From Syntrophomonadaceae bacterium (GTDB lineage Bacteria > Bacillota > Dethiobacteria > DTU022 > UBA8154), in NCBI GenBank assembly GCA_003556225.1, contig PWRN01000100.1, positions 12,125 through 76,124 on the forward strand: 64,000 nt of DNA, written 5' to 3'. This document shows, in pieces, positions 39,089-48,760 of the stretch (the stretch's first letter is position 1; every line of letters starts with the position of its first letter). The notes beneath the pieces are model-generated. The model searched no databases and had not been told where the DNA came from. It was given only the letters and a program-made list of their open reading frames with translations. The position numbers and the translations under genes were made by a program.

Positions 39089-39318
39089 TCAGGAACTACT
39101 GCTGTTTCCCTGCTTGCCCTCAGCGAACATAGGATTTGCCTTCATGAGAAGGCGCGCAGGGGTTTCAGCAAAGACGACTCAAACTGTTTGAGCGAGCGTA
39201 GCGAGGGAGTTTTTGAGGCGGCCTGAAACCCCGAGCACCGAAACAATATTTGTCGCAAATCCAGTGAGTCGAGGGCAAGCAGGGAATAGGAGTTCATTCC
39301 TGAGCAAGCTTGATCGTC
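39089..39318. repeat. copy 2 of the long-hairpin intergenic repeat (MITE/REP-like)
   Basis: It is homologous to 17524-17745. It has a perfect 16-bp terminal inverted repeat, TTCCCTGCTTGCCCTC (39106-39121) against GAGGGCAAGCAGGGAA (39271-39286). Inner arms are GGATTTGC/GCAAATCC and GGGGTTTCAG/CTGAAACCCC. Confidence 0.88.
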
Positions 39319-39322
39319 AGGT

Positions 39323-40792
39323 TTACGAATAGTCTTGATTTGCCAGGCGGTTCTTAAATTCTTCCTCCGCCAGGCTGAAGGCTTCTTTGCGTGTTTTGAT
39401 CCTGCCTTCAGCTTGCGCTTCGGCGATCGCTTCCAGGATTTCCATGGAGAGGGGACCCTGTTCGATGCCCAGCAGCGATAAAACTTCTTCCCTGGTGATC
39501 AGGGCCGGAGACTGCACGAAGCGTTCCTTGACGATGAAATAACGGTGCAGCAAGCTGTTTAGAAAACTGCGATAATCTGCTGGTGAAGGCAGGGAGAGCC
39601 GATGCCTGGCTCCAGGGTCACCGAGCAGCGCCAGGTAGTCGGCGAGGGAGAAAAGGAGAATCCCGGGCGCTTCATTCCCCAGGGTTTTATAAAACCTGTA
39701 GAGGGTTCGGGCTGTTCGATTGGGATACCTGTAGAGCTTTAACGGAGCCTGGTAGTGGGTACATGCCTGCAGCAAGAGGTTTTTCTCCGCGCGGTTCAGG
39801 CGCAGTCGGCGGCTGAAGCGATACAGGTACCCGCCGGCTTTGTTGGGCTGGTAATAATCCGCCCCTTCCTGTTCCAGGCTGTTGCCCGTTTCCGCGTCCT
39901 TGATGTTGTGAAAGATCGCCGCCAGCTTTAAAATCTTTGCCCGCGGCCAGTCCATGGATAGTTCTTCTGCCAGGTATTTTCCCAGCTCGTATTTCCACTG
40001 CGGGGAAAAAGGCAGCGTTTCCATGAGTTTTTCCAGGTGGTGGAGGGTTTGCATGGACTGCTCCCAGCCCCTGGATTTCACCCTGGCTTCCGAAGCGGCC
40101 AGCTGCTTTTCCAGGTGTGGGAAAAGTCCCTCAATGAAATCGAGACGCTGCATCAGCCAGAGGTACTTCACGGAAGGATTGGCCAGGATCTTGCCCAGCT
40201 CCATCTTCAAGCGGTCATTGGGGACGCGATAAAGCAGGGGCCTGTGTTTTTTAAAGAGAACCGAGGTATAGGGCTCCAGGTCAAACTGCAGCTGGGAAGC
40301 AAAGCGAATGCCCCGCACCATGCGCAGCGGGTCATCAAGAATAACCTCTTCGCTGACAAGGCGCAGCTGGCGTTTTTCCAGGTCCTTTCTCCCACCAAAG
40401 GGGTCCAGGAGATGCTCCTGCCAGTCGCTGCCCTGGGATAGTTTTTCCAGGGGCAGCGCCATGGCGTTCACCGTAAAATCACGGTTTTTCAGGTCTTCAT
40501 GAATGCTGTTCCCGCGAATGACCCCGATATCAACCTGCCAGTGGTGCTCTTCCCAGTCCAGCGTTACCCGGGCCGTGGAATGGTCCAGGTTCAATTCGTA
40601 ATAATTGCCGCCCGTTGCTTCTGCCAGGTCCATCCCGATGGTGCGAGGATCCAGGCTGGAAACCAGGTCCAGGTCATGGCTTCCCCGTTTTAAAAAAACA
40701 TCCCGCAAGAATCCTCCGACAATATAAAGAGAGACATTCCTATTGCGGGCCGCTTGGAGAAGCTGTTCTGTAAAAGGGATCACGTCAATCAC
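39323..40792 (-). CDS. cca: CCA-adding tRNA nucleotidyltransferase / poly(A) polymerase family protein
   Basis: LYIVGGFLRDVFLKRGSHDLDLV is the GGxVRD...DxD nucleotidyltransferase head motif. 489 aa. The RBS is weak and the start is GTG. Confidence 0.85.
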   Translation of the reverse strand: MIDVIPFTEQLLQAARNRNVSLYIVGGFLRDVFLKRGSHDLDLVSSLDPRTIGMDLAEATGGNYYELNLDHSTARVTLDWEEHHWQVDIGVIRGNSIHEDLKNRDFTVNAMALPLEKLSQGSDWQEHLLDPFGGRKDLEKRQLRLVSEEVILDDPLRMVRGIRFASQLQFDLEPYTSVLFKKHRPLLYRVPNDRLKMELGKILANPSVKYLWLMQRLDFIEGLFPHLEKQLAASEARVKSRGWEQSMQTLHHLEKLMETLPFSPQWKYELGKYLAEELSMDWPRAKILKLAAIFHNIKDAETGNSLEQEGADYYQPNKAGGYLYRFSRRLRLNRAEKNLLLQACTHYQAPLKLYRYPNRTARTLYRFYKTLGNEAPGILLFSLADYLALLGDPGARHRLSLPSPADYRSFLNSLLHRYFIVKERFVQSPALITREEVLSLLGIEQGPLSMEILEAIAEAQAEGRIKTRKEAFSLAEEEFKNRLANQDYS

Positions 40793-40977
40793 CCTGTTAA
40801 TCTTTATTTAATGTCCCATTGCTGGAATCATTCGCCAAAATCTCGCCGGTTCCTTTCCCGGGCCAAAATTTCACCCCGGGAACAAATGCGGCAAGAAAAA
40901 GGTAAATGCACGCCAGATGATGAATACTTTAAGATAAGACCACAGCAGATTAATCATAGAAAAAGGAGGCGGTCCTG

Positions 40978-41163
40978 GTGCGCAAAAAGTTTCTCTACAG
41001 GCAGTGGCTTCTCTTCATCATTTTCCTGGTGATTGGCATCTGGAGTATTGTAAGCTCTTTCACCCATGCTGGCGGTTTCTTGTTGTCCTCTTTCTTTATC
41101 GGTATCGTCCAGATCCTGGCGTCCCTCTTGTTTTTGAAGTGGAACATCTTCGAAGGATATTGA
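40978..41163 (+). CDS. small two-TM membrane protein (61 aa), hypothetical
   Basis: The GTG at 40978 follows AAAGGAGGCGG. The translation is hydrophobic: WLLFIIFLVIGIWSIVSSF... FLLSSFFIGIVQILASLLFL. Confidence 0.4.
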   Translation: MRKKFLYRQWLLFIIFLVIGIWSIVSSFTHAGGFLLSSFFIGIVQILASLLFLKWNIFEGY

Positions 41164-41172
41164 CCGGGGCAT

Positions 41173-41760
41173 TCAAGTTTTGGGCGAATAGATCACGGCC
41201 AGGATGCGCGTTTCATCACCTTCTACGCACTGCACCTTGTGCGGGATCTCCGAGTTAAAATAGATGGAATCTCCCGGGCCCAAAACATCGACATGCTCTC
41301 CCAGGAGCACCTCCATTTTCCCCTCCAGGACAAAAATAAATTCTTCTCCCTCGTGGCTGTAGGCATGGCGGTCCTTGCGGGTTGCAGGTTCCAGGATCAC
41401 GATAAAGGGCTCCATGTGACGGTCTTTTAACTCAAAGGCCAGGGATTCGTAGGAATATCCGTATTTTACGCCCTGTCGGGAAGCAACCCGGGAAACAGGG
41501 CGTCTTTCATCATGTCGCACGATGGTAAACCGGGCATTTTGGCCCGCGCCAAAGAAATACCCCATGTCCACCTCCAGGGCCCGGGCAATTTTCCCCAGGG
41601 TTCCCAGGGGAGGAGAAATCAGGTGGTTTTCAATCTGTGAAAGCAGGGCGGTGGAGAATCCTGTCCTCTCCGCGACCTGCTGCAGGGTTAATTTTTTTTC
41701 CTGCCTTAAGGCCTTGATCGCTTCCGCAACATTTATTTCATTTTGCTCCTGGTAGGGCAC
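41173..41760 (-). CDS. XRE-family HTH transcriptional regulator with a C-terminal cupin domain
   Basis: The HTH LTLQQVAERTGFSTALLSQIENH is followed by a cupin-like HEGEEFIFVLEGKMEV...GDSIYF.. segment. The GTG follows AGGAGGTG, which lies inside the 3' end of the upstream gene. Confidence 0.88.
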   Translation of the reverse strand: MPYQEQNEINVAEAIKALRQEKKLTLQQVAERTGFSTALLSQIENHLISPPLGTLGKIARALEVDMGYFFGAGQNARFTIVRHDERRPVSRVASRQGVKYGYSYESLAFELKDRHMEPFIVILEPATRKDRHAYSHEGEEFIFVLEGKMEVLLGEHVDVLGPGDSIYFNSEIPHKVQCVEGDETRILAVIYSPKT

Positions 41761-41763
41761 GGG

Positions 41764-42318
41764 CTACACCTCCTGTTTTTCCCGGTAATTGATCCCGCAG
41801 TGGAGCGCCTGGATCATGGGGGGAATGAGTTTTTGTTTTTCTTCCTGGAAGAGTGACTCCAGGGCCGCTTCCACCGTTTTAAAGTCGACCACGCTGCTGG
41901 CCGCCAGGAATGCTCCCAGCACGACCATGTTGGCCATCTTGTGCTGACCCACCTCCTGGAAAGCCAGCTCACTGGCCGGCAGGCAGATGGTTTCCAGGTC
42001 ATCCCGGGTGAGCAGATCTTCCTCGACGAAGGAAGTGTTGACCACCAGGAGGCCGCCTTTTTTGATTTTATCCTGGAACTTCAACAGGGAGGGTTTGCTC
42101 ATGGAAACCAGCCCGCAGGGCCGGTCAGCCAAGGGGGAGCCAATGGTTTCCGAAGAAATAACCACGGTACAGTTGGCTGCCCCGCCGCGCATCTCCACCC
42201 CGTAAGCAGGCATCCAGGTGACATGCCTGTCTTCCATCATCGCAGCCTGGGCCAGGATATCGCCAATGAGCAAGATCCCCTGCCCGCCGAACCCGGAAAG
42301 GATCACATCATAATACAT
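41764..42318 (-). CDS. 2-oxoacid:ferredoxin oxidoreductase, gamma subunit
   Basis: The MYYDVILSGFGGQGILLIGDILA N-terminus is typical of gamma subunits. Start placed at the ATG at 42318 behind GAGGTGG. Confidence 0.88.
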   Translation of the reverse strand: MYYDVILSGFGGQGILLIGDILAQAAMMEDRHVTWMPAYGVEMRGGAANCTVVISSETIGSPLADRPCGLVSMSKPSLLKFQDKIKKGGLLVVNTSFVEEDLLTRDDLETICLPASELAFQEVGQHKMANMVVLGAFLAASSVVDFKTVEAALESLFQEEKQKLIPPMIQALHCGINYREKQEV

Positions 42319-42334
42319 CGTTCCACCTCTTTCT

Positions 42335-43087
42335 TTACAAGTAGTCCGGGGCTGTTCTTTCCTTGAAGGTGCCAAGGGGGTAATACGGCATCATTTCCTC
42401 TTCCATGCGTTCTACACTCTGCTGGGGATTCATCCCCCAGTTGGTCGGGCAGGCGGAGAGAAATTCCACAAAACTAAACCCCATGTTCTTTAGCTGCATA
42501 TCGAATGCTTTGAACACGGCCTTGCGGGCTTTTTTTACGTGGGCGGCCGTGTGGAGAGAAACCCGGCAGGCAAAGGCAACACCTTCCAGGGTGGCCAGCA
42601 TCTCCGCCATGCGAATGGGGTATCCATCGGTTTGAAAATCCCTGCCGTAAGGGGAGGTGGTCGTTTGTTGACCCAGTAAAGTCGTCGGAGCCATCTGCCC
42701 TCCGGTCATCCCATAGACATTGTTGTTCACGAAAATCACCGTGATATTTTCCCCCCGGTTGGCCGTATGCACCACTTCGGACATCCCGATGGCTCCCAGG
42801 TCACCGTCTCCCTGGTAGGTAAAAATCACGTTTTGGGGCAACACCCTTTTAAACCCTGTTGCAACGGCTGGAGCGCGCCCGTGGGGCGCCTCACAGACGT
42901 CGATATGGATATAATCATAGAGAAAAACACCGCAGCCTACGCCCGGGATCCCGATGGTTTTTTCCCGGACCTGGTAATGGTCGATGGCTTCACAAATCAG
43001 CCGGTGGACCGTTCCGTGATGACAGCCGGGGCAGAAATGGAACGTCGTATCGATTAACGCTTCGGGTTTAGCAAACACTTTTTGCAA
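42335..43087 (-). CDS. 2-oxoacid:ferredoxin oxidoreductase, beta (TPP-binding) subunit
   Basis: FCPGCHHG Cys motif and the GDGDLGAIG...NN TPP-binding motif. Confidence 0.9.
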   Translation of the reverse strand: MQKVFAKPEALIDTTFHFCPGCHHGTVHRLICEAIDHYQVREKTIGIPGVGCGVFLYDYIHIDVCEAPHGRAPAVATGFKRVLPQNVIFTYQGDGDLGAIGMSEVVHTANRGENITVIFVNNNVYGMTGGQMAPTTLLGQQTTTSPYGRDFQTDGYPIRMAEMLATLEGVAFACRVSLHTAAHVKKARKAVFKAFDMQLKNMGFSFVEFLSACPTNWGMNPQQSVERMEEEMMPYYPLGTFKERTAPDYL

Positions 43088-44147
43088 CGTGATCCCCTGC
43101 CTTTACAAAATTTTCTATCTCCTCCAGAATCTCCAGTGGTGACGGAATCCCCCCGCCCGGCCTGGCCATCAGGCGTGCCTGGCAGCCCGGGGAAAGGGAA
43201 AGGCGAACATCGTCCCACATCTGCCCGGTGTTCATTTCTACGGTAAGTACTTTCTTAACCGTTTGGGTGGCTTCATAAATGGTCTTTCCTGGAAAAGGAA
43301 AGAGCGAGATGGGCCGGATCATCCCCACACGGATACCCTTGCCTCGGGCCAGGCGCACCGCAGATTGAACGATCCGGGAACAGGAGCCGAAGGAAACCAC
43401 CAGGATGTCCATAGCGTCTTCCAACTCGGCCTCAACCAGGGTATCGGCATCCTGCAGTTTCCTGTACTTTTCCTGCAGGTGCCAGTTGTGTTTTTCCATT
43501 TCACCATCTTTAAGATAAAGCGATTTAATCAACTGGGGGCCCCTCCCCCTGGCGCCCCGCAAAGCCCAGGGTTTATCAAGATGCTGGATCTTGGGATCGC
43601 TGAGCCGCACCGGCTCTTTCATCTGACCCAGGATGGCATCTCCCAGGATCATCGCCGGGTTCCGATACTTGTCAGATAGTTCAAAGGCCTTGATGGTCAG
43701 GTCATACATCTCCTGGACCGAGTTGGGCGCGAGGACGATCAGCCTGTAGTCTCCATGGCCTCCCCCCCGGGTGGCCTGCCAGTAATCCCCCTGGGAGGGG
43801 GCAATGCCGCCCAGTCCGGGGCCAATACGGGTAATGTTTACCACCAGTCCCGGGAGCTCCGAACCCGCCATGTACGATAAACCTTCCTGCATCAAAGAGA
43901 TCCCCGGCCCCGAGGAAGAGCTCATCGCCCGGGCGCCTGCAGCCGCCGCGCCTAACAGCATGTTGATGGAAGCGACTTCACTTTCCGCCTGGATGAAGAT
44001 GCCCCCTTGCTGGGGAAGGCGCTGGGAAAAGTACTCCGGAATATCGTTTTGCGGGGTGATGGGATATCCGAAATAATAATGGCACCCGGCCATTAAAGCA
44101 CCCTCGGCCAGGGCCACACTCCCTCTCATCATGATCCGCTCACGCAT
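43068..44147 (-). CDS. 2-oxoacid:ferredoxin oxidoreductase, alpha subunit
   Basis: [26 protein letters not shown] and the [12 protein letters not shown] motif. Confidence 0.9.
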   Translation of the reverse strand: MRERIMMRGSVALAEGALMAGCHYYFGYPITPQNDIPEYFSQRLPQQGGIFIQAESEVASINMLLGAAAAGARAMSSSSGPGISLMQEGLSYMAGSELPGLVVNITRIGPGLGGIAPSQGDYWQATRGGGHGDYRLIVLAPNSVQEMYDLTIKAFELSDKYRNPAMILGDAILGQMKEPVRLSDPKIQHLDKPWALRGARGRGPQLIKSLYLKDGEMEKHNWHLQEKYRKLQDADTLVEAELEDAMDILVVSFGSCSRIVQSAVRLARGKGIRVGMIRPISLFPFPGKTIYEATQTVKKVLTVEMNTGQMWDDVRLSLSPGCQARLMARPGGGIPSPLEILEEIENFVKAGDHVAKSVC

Positions 44148-44382
44148 GTTCTTTTTTCGCCCCCTTTTTTTCCCTGTAGACTTCGATCAGTACATCGGGA
44201 CACACTTCAGCACAGAGAGAACAGCCCACGCAGGCTTTTTCCGGATCATCTTTCACATGGGCCGGATTGTAGCCAAGGATGTTGATCTGTTCCGTGTTGA
44301 TGTAAATCAGCTCCCGGGGACAGGAATCGACACAGTACCTGCATCCCTTGCATCCCTCGTGGTGAATGACGATTTTGCCCAA
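44140..44382 (-). CDS. 2-oxoacid:ferredoxin oxidoreductase, delta subunit (2x[4Fe-4S] ferredoxin)
   Basis: CKGCRYCVDSCP and CVGCSLCAEVCP motifs. The TTG follows AAGGAGG. Confidence 0.88.
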   Translation of the reverse strand: MGKIVIHHEGCKGCRYCVDSCPRELIYINTEQINILGYNPAHVKDDPEKACVGCSLCAEVCPDVLIEVYREKKGAKKEHA

Positions 44383-44396
44383 TCTTATTCCTCCTT

Positions 44397-44915
44397 TTAA
44401 GGCCTGTAGAGCATTTTTAAAACCCGGTGAAAGCGATCCAGGTCCTGCAGGACCATTTCATGGGTCCGCTCCAAACTTTCGGCAAGCATGATCATCTTTT
44501 CCCGGGATAAATTCCCGCAGTTGCGGTGGAAGGAAAGGTAAAAGTAGAGGTAGTTTTCCAGCAATCCCGCTGTCGAAGCTGATAAAACAGGCGGTCGCAC
44601 TTCAGCAATGGGCGTTTTTAACAGCTTCAGCAGGCGCAGGTGCCAGTCCAGGCTGCCCGGCATCCACTGATCCGTCAGGGAGGCAATCGCCAGCAAAATC
44701 TCTTCGATGGAGAGGTAATACTCGTAAAAATAGCTGCCCAGCTTCAGCAAAAGCCGGGGATCCTCACCGGCCGCCAATTCGCCTCTGAGGGAGTTAACAT
44801 ACGCCACCAGTGGAGCCATCTCCACCTGGTTCCTGGTAATCATCTCCATGATCCGGGAAAAACGCTCCGGCGAAGGGACGTAGCGCCGGTCGTACTTGCG
44901 GGTTACGCTTTTCAT
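44397..44915 (-). CDS. hypothetical helical protein (172 aa), faint HepT/DUF86-like pattern
   Basis: Start taken at the ATG at 44915; the track ORF extends 98 codons through a terminator and promoter. The segment SYFYEYYLSIEEILLAIA...PGSLDWHLRLLKLL...RPPVLS...LENYLYFYLSFHRN resembles HepT-like four-helix-bundle proteins but lacks a clean RxxxxHxY motif. Confidence 0.55.
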   Translation of the reverse strand: MKSVTRKYDRRYVPSPERFSRIMEMITRNQVEMAPLVAYVNSLRGELAAGEDPRLLLKLGSYFYEYYLSIEEILLAIASLTDQWMPGSLDWHLRLLKLLKTPIAEVRPPVLSASTAGLLENYLYFYLSFHRNCGNLSREKMIMLAESLERTHEMVLQDLDRFHRVLKMLYRP

Positions 44916-44964
44916 CGTTTCACCGCGCTTTGCAGCACACAGCCGATTTTTTAAAGCTTTTTTG

Positions 44965-44994
44965 ATTATACCTTCACCGGGTCGCAAAAAGCAA
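44965..44994 (-). promoter_or_regulatory. candidate sigma-A promoter of the hypothetical/2-oxoacid oxidoreductase operon
   Basis: The minus strand reads TTGCTT-N18-TATAAT, about 50 nt upstream of the ATG at 44915. Confidence 0.45.
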
Positions 44995-45034
44995 CCGAAA
45001 ATTAAGATAATCGGCCGTCTAAGCCGGGGGTAAG

Positions 45035-45058
45035 AAAAAACCCCCGACGCCGGGGGCG
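45035..45058 (-). terminator. intrinsic terminator after the USP gene
   Basis: The minus strand reads CCCCCG-GCGT-CGGGGG followed by TTTTTT. Confidence 0.65.
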
Positions 45059-45141
45059 ATATCTTGGGATCAAGGGCCGTGATCCTCGGGGAGTGTAATG
45101 CGGAAAAAAGCATCACAGCTTTGCCCCGGGGATCCGCTGAC

Positions 45142-46005
45142 TCAGATACCCCGGAAGAGTAAGACGGGACGACTGGAGCGGCGAACCACGGCGTCAGCCG
45201 TGCTTCCAATCAATAAGTTTGCAAAATAACCCAGGCCGCGGGTCGGCATGGCGATCATGGTTACACCCTCAAATTCAGCGATATCGTTGATCTGCTGTGA
45301 TGCGACCCCAGTGGAAATCTTGAACTCCACATCCACACCCCTGGCCCTGAACTTTTCCTCCCATGTCTGCAGGTGCTTTTTGGCATTCTCTGTCTGCTTT
45401 TTGATATCTTGCTCTGTTTGTCCCTTTTCAATCACATGCAGCAGGATAACCCGGTGCAGCTTCTCCGCATTGTCCAGGAATTTCTGGTAAACCGCTTCAG
45501 CGGACTCGGAAAAGTCTGTCGGCAGCATCACCGTGGCCCATTTTTGTAAAAAGATCGGAATACGGCGGGTCTTCTCACCCAGCGTGATGAATTTTTCCAC
45601 GAGGATGGGTTTCTTGGACAGGCGGACCAGCTCCTTTACCGTGCTGCCCAGGAAGATTTCCCGAATAATACTCTCACCGATGGAGCCGATTAAAATTAGA
45701 TCCACGTTTTCTGCATCGGCTGCTTTCACGATCTCTTCCGAAGGGTTTCCTTCCGTGATCAAGAGCTTCACGCCGATGTTTTCTTGCTCGATGGCCTTAA
45801 TCTTGTCCTCCAACCTCCTGGCAAACCTCTCCTTGTACGCGCTGACTTCTTCACCGCGAAGGGACTCCATGTTGATGGCATGCACGATGAGCAGGTCCTG
45901 CAGCCCCATTTTTTTTAGGTCGGGGATGCAGTTAAACAATTCCAGGGCTGCAGAAGATGAGTCCATGGCTAAAAGCACCTTTTTGAACATGGCCTGATCG
46001 GACAT
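45142..46005 (-). CDS. universal stress protein, tandem UspA domains
   Basis: 287 aa with two USP-like halves, each ending in a G(S/T)...G-type ATP-binding stretch (LILIGSIGESI...; MIAMPTRGLGYFANLLIGSTADAVV). Confidence 0.85.
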   Translation of the reverse strand: MSDQAMFKKVLLAMDSSSAALELFNCIPDLKKMGLQDLLIVHAINMESLRGEEVSAYKERFARRLEDKIKAIEQENIGVKLLITEGNPSEEIVKAADAENVDLILIGSIGESIIREIFLGSTVKELVRLSKKPILVEKFITLGEKTRRIPIFLQKWATVMLPTDFSESAEAVYQKFLDNAEKLHRVILLHVIEKGQTEQDIKKQTENAKKHLQTWEEKFRARGVDVEFKISTGVASQQINDIAEFEGVTMIAMPTRGLGYFANLLIGSTADAVVRRSSRPVLLFRGI

Positions 46006-46052
46006 AAAACCCAGCTCCTTTCCATCCTAACTCTTCTAATGATAGTATTCCC

Positions 46053-47519
46053 TCAATCGCTCTTTTTTCCTGCCGTGGGAAAAACACTTTTTTCCAGGCA
46101 TAGTTTGGCCTGCTGCAGTTGATTCGCCAGGGCGGCGGTTGATGTCCCTCCCCGGCAGGTTCGCGCTTCAACCGCCGCGCGGGGCTTTAAACGATCCACT
46201 GCCTGCTGCTCTTGGAGGCGCGGATGGAAACTGGAAAGCTCTTCCGCGGTCAGCTGCCGCAGCGTTTTCCCTTGATCAAGGCAGTAACGCACGACAGCCC
46301 CAACGATGCCGTGGGCCTCTCGAAACGGCACCCCTTGCCCGGCCAGGTAGTCAGCCAGTTCCGTCGCGGTGGAAAAATCCTGGTCTAACGCTTGTTCAAT
46401 GTTGTCCCGCTTGATTTCCAGGGAAGAGAGCATGGCAGGAAAGATCTTTACAATGGTCTTCACCGTATCCACGGTGTCAAAAAGGGGCTCCTTATCTTCC
46501 TGCATGTCCTTGTTGTATGCTAAGGGCAGTCCTTTAAACACCGTGAGCAAGGCAACCAGGTTGCCGTAAACCCGGCCTGTTTTACCCCGCACCAGCTCTA
46601 AAAAGTCCGGGTTTTTTTTCTGGGGCATCATGCTGCTTCCCGTGGCAAAATCATCACCGAGCTCGATAAAGGAAAACTCCTGGGAGGACCAGATGATCAG
46701 CTCTTCGCTCAGCCGACTGAGGTGCATCATGAGCAGCGCTGCATGGGAAATAAACTCGATCACGAAATCGCGATCGCTCACCGCGTCCATGCTGTTCTCA
46801 TAGAGATGATCAAAACCCAGCTCTTGCGCAACAAATTCCCGGTCAATGGGAAAGCTGGTACCGCTGAGGGCGCCGGAACCCAGGGGCATCAGGTCGGCCC
46901 GCTTGTAGAGATCTCCGAAACGTTCCCGGTCACGCTGGAGCATCCAGAAATACGCCATGAGGTGATGAGAAAGTAAAACCGGCTGTGCGCGCTGCAGGTG
47001 AGTATAGCCGGGGATAATCACTTCCTGGACATGCTCGGAGAGCCTGAGAAGCTCTGCCTGGAAAGAGCGAAGCAGGTGCTCCACAGCGATGATTTCCTTT
47101 TTCACAAAAAGATGCACATCCAGCGCCACCTGGTCATTGCGGCTGCGGGCGGTGTGCAGTTTGCCCCCTGCAGGTCCGATGAGTTCAATCAAACGTTTTT
47201 CCATGTTCATGTGAATATCTTCCTGGGTCAGGTCAAAGGGAAAGGTGCCTTCTCCCAGCTCCCTTTGAATTGTTTCCAAGCCCTGTTCGATCAGTGCCCC
47301 GTCTTCCGTTGAAATGATCCCGGTTCGCACCAGCATCCGGCAGTGCGCCAGGCTGCCCGTAATGTCCTCTTCGGCCAACCTCCTGTCGAATGGAAGGGAT
47401 GCCGCAAAAGCCTCCATTTCTGCGTGAAGTCTTTTTTGGAAGCGCCCTCCCCAGGGCTTGGTCGAATCCTTTTCACTTTCTGTAGAAAAAGAATGATCTT
47501 GCTCGTTCCCGGAACTCAA
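46053..47519 (-). CDS. argH: argininosuccinate lyase
   Basis: PWGGRFQ near the N-terminus and the lyase signature [12 protein letters not shown]. The TTG start overlaps the argG stop by 4 nt. Confidence 0.95.
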   Translation of the reverse strand: MSSGNEQDHSFSTESEKDSTKPWGGRFQKRLHAEMEAFAASLPFDRRLAEEDITGSLAHCRMLVRTGIISTEDGALIEQGLETIQRELGEGTFPFDLTQEDIHMNMEKRLIELIGPAGGKLHTARSRNDQVALDVHLFVKKEIIAVEHLLRSFQAELLRLSEHVQEVIIPGYTHLQRAQPVLLSHHLMAYFWMLQRDRERFGDLYKRADLMPLGSGALSGTSFPIDREFVAQELGFDHLYENSMDAVSDRDFVIEFISHAALLMMHLSRLSEELIIWSSQEFSFIELGDDFATGSSMMPQKKNPDFLELVRGKTGRVYGNLVALLTVFKGLPLAYNKDMQEDKEPLFDTVDTVKTIVKIFPAMLSSLEIKRDNIEQALDQDFSTATELADYLAGQGVPFREAHGIVGAVVRYCLDQGKTLRQLTAEELSSFHPRLQEQQAVDRLKPRAAVEARTCRGGTSTAALANQLQQAKLCLEKSVFPTAGKKSD

Positions 47520-48742
47520 TTTTCTTTTTCCACCTCGTCTTTCCAGGTTTGCCGCAACATTCCATCTACCTGGAGCGGCAACCCATAAAGATTAATAAAA
47601 CCACCCGCATCTTTTTGATCGTAGAGGTCATCGGCTTCGAATGTGGCCAGCTCAGGATGGTAGAGGGAAAAAGGCGACTTGCGAGCGACCAGGCTAATGT
47701 TTCCCTTGTAAAGCTTGAGTTTTACCTCACCTGTGACCTTCTGCTGGGTCTCCTCGATAAATGCATCCAGGGCCTTACGCAGGGAAGAGTACCAGGTGCC
47801 GTTATAAATGATTTCGGCATATTTCAAGGCAACCGTTTCCTTGTAGTGCAGGGTTTCCCGGTCGATGGCCAGGTGTTCCAGTTCCCGGTGGGCAAAATAC
47901 AGCAGCGTCCCTCCCGGCGTTTCATACACTCCCCTGGATTTCATCCCGACCAGGCGGTTTTCCACGATATCTGTACGACCAATGGCATGCTTGCCGGCGA
48001 CTTCGTTGAGCCGGGTCAGCATCTCCACAGGTTCCAGCGATTCACCGTTTAAGCCCACGGGGACCCCTTTTTCAAAGGTGATCTCGATCACTTCAGGCTC
48101 TGCAGGCGCCTCCCGGGGAGAACGGGTCAAGAGAAACATTTCCTGCGGTGGTTCCTGGGCCGGATCTTCCAGGATGCCCCCTTCGTAGCTGATGTGCCAG
48201 AGGTTCCGGTCCATGCTGTAGGGTTTTTCCGCCGTAACAGGCACGGGAATCCGGTGGCGCGCAGCGTATTCCAGGGCATCATGCCGAGACCGGATCGCCC
48301 AGATCCGCCAGGGCGCAATAATTTTTAATTGCGGGGCCAGGGCCTTGACGGTCAATTCGAAGCGAACCTGGTCGTTGCCCTTGCCCGTGGCTCCGTGGGC
48401 AACGGCTTCGGCCCCTTCATCCAGCGCAACCTGCACCATGGCCCGCGCGATCAGCGGTCGGGCAATCGACGTTCCCAGCAGGTACTTTCCTTCATAGACA
48501 GCGCCCGCTCGAAGCATGGGAAAAACATATTCTTCTAAAAATACGCGGCGCAGATCCTTAACGATAACCTGGGCCGCACCGGTATTCACCGCCTTTTCTT
48601 CCAGGCCGTCAAGCTCGCCGGCACCCTGGCCCAGATCCGCGGCGAAAGCAATGACCTCATACCCATATTCTTCGATTAACCATTTTAGAATGACGGAGGT
48701 GTCCAGACCTCCCGAATAGGCCAGGACGACTTTCTTTGGCAT
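47516..48742 (-). CDS. argG: argininosuccinate synthase
   Basis: [14 protein letters not shown]-loop, 408 aa. Confidence 0.96.
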   Translation of the reverse strand: MPKKVVLAYSGGLDTSVILKWLIEEYGYEVIAFAADLGQGAGELDGLEEKAVNTGAAQVIVKDLRRVFLEEYVFPMLRAGAVYEGKYLLGTSIARPLIARAMVQVALDEGAEAVAHGATGKGNDQVRFELTVKALAPQLKIIAPWRIWAIRSRHDALEYAARHRIPVPVTAEKPYSMDRNLWHISYEGGILEDPAQEPPQEMFLLTRSPREAPAEPEVIEITFEKGVPVGLNGESLEPVEMLTRLNEVAGKHAIGRTDIVENRLVGMKSRGVYETPGGTLLYFAHRELEHLAIDRETLHYKETVALKYAEIIYNGTWYSSLRKALDAFIEETQQKVTGEVKLKLYKGNISLVARKSPFSLYHPELATFEADDLYDQKDAGGFINLYGLPLQVDGMLRQTWKDEVEKEN

Positions 48743-48760
48743 GTTATCACCCCTTCATAT

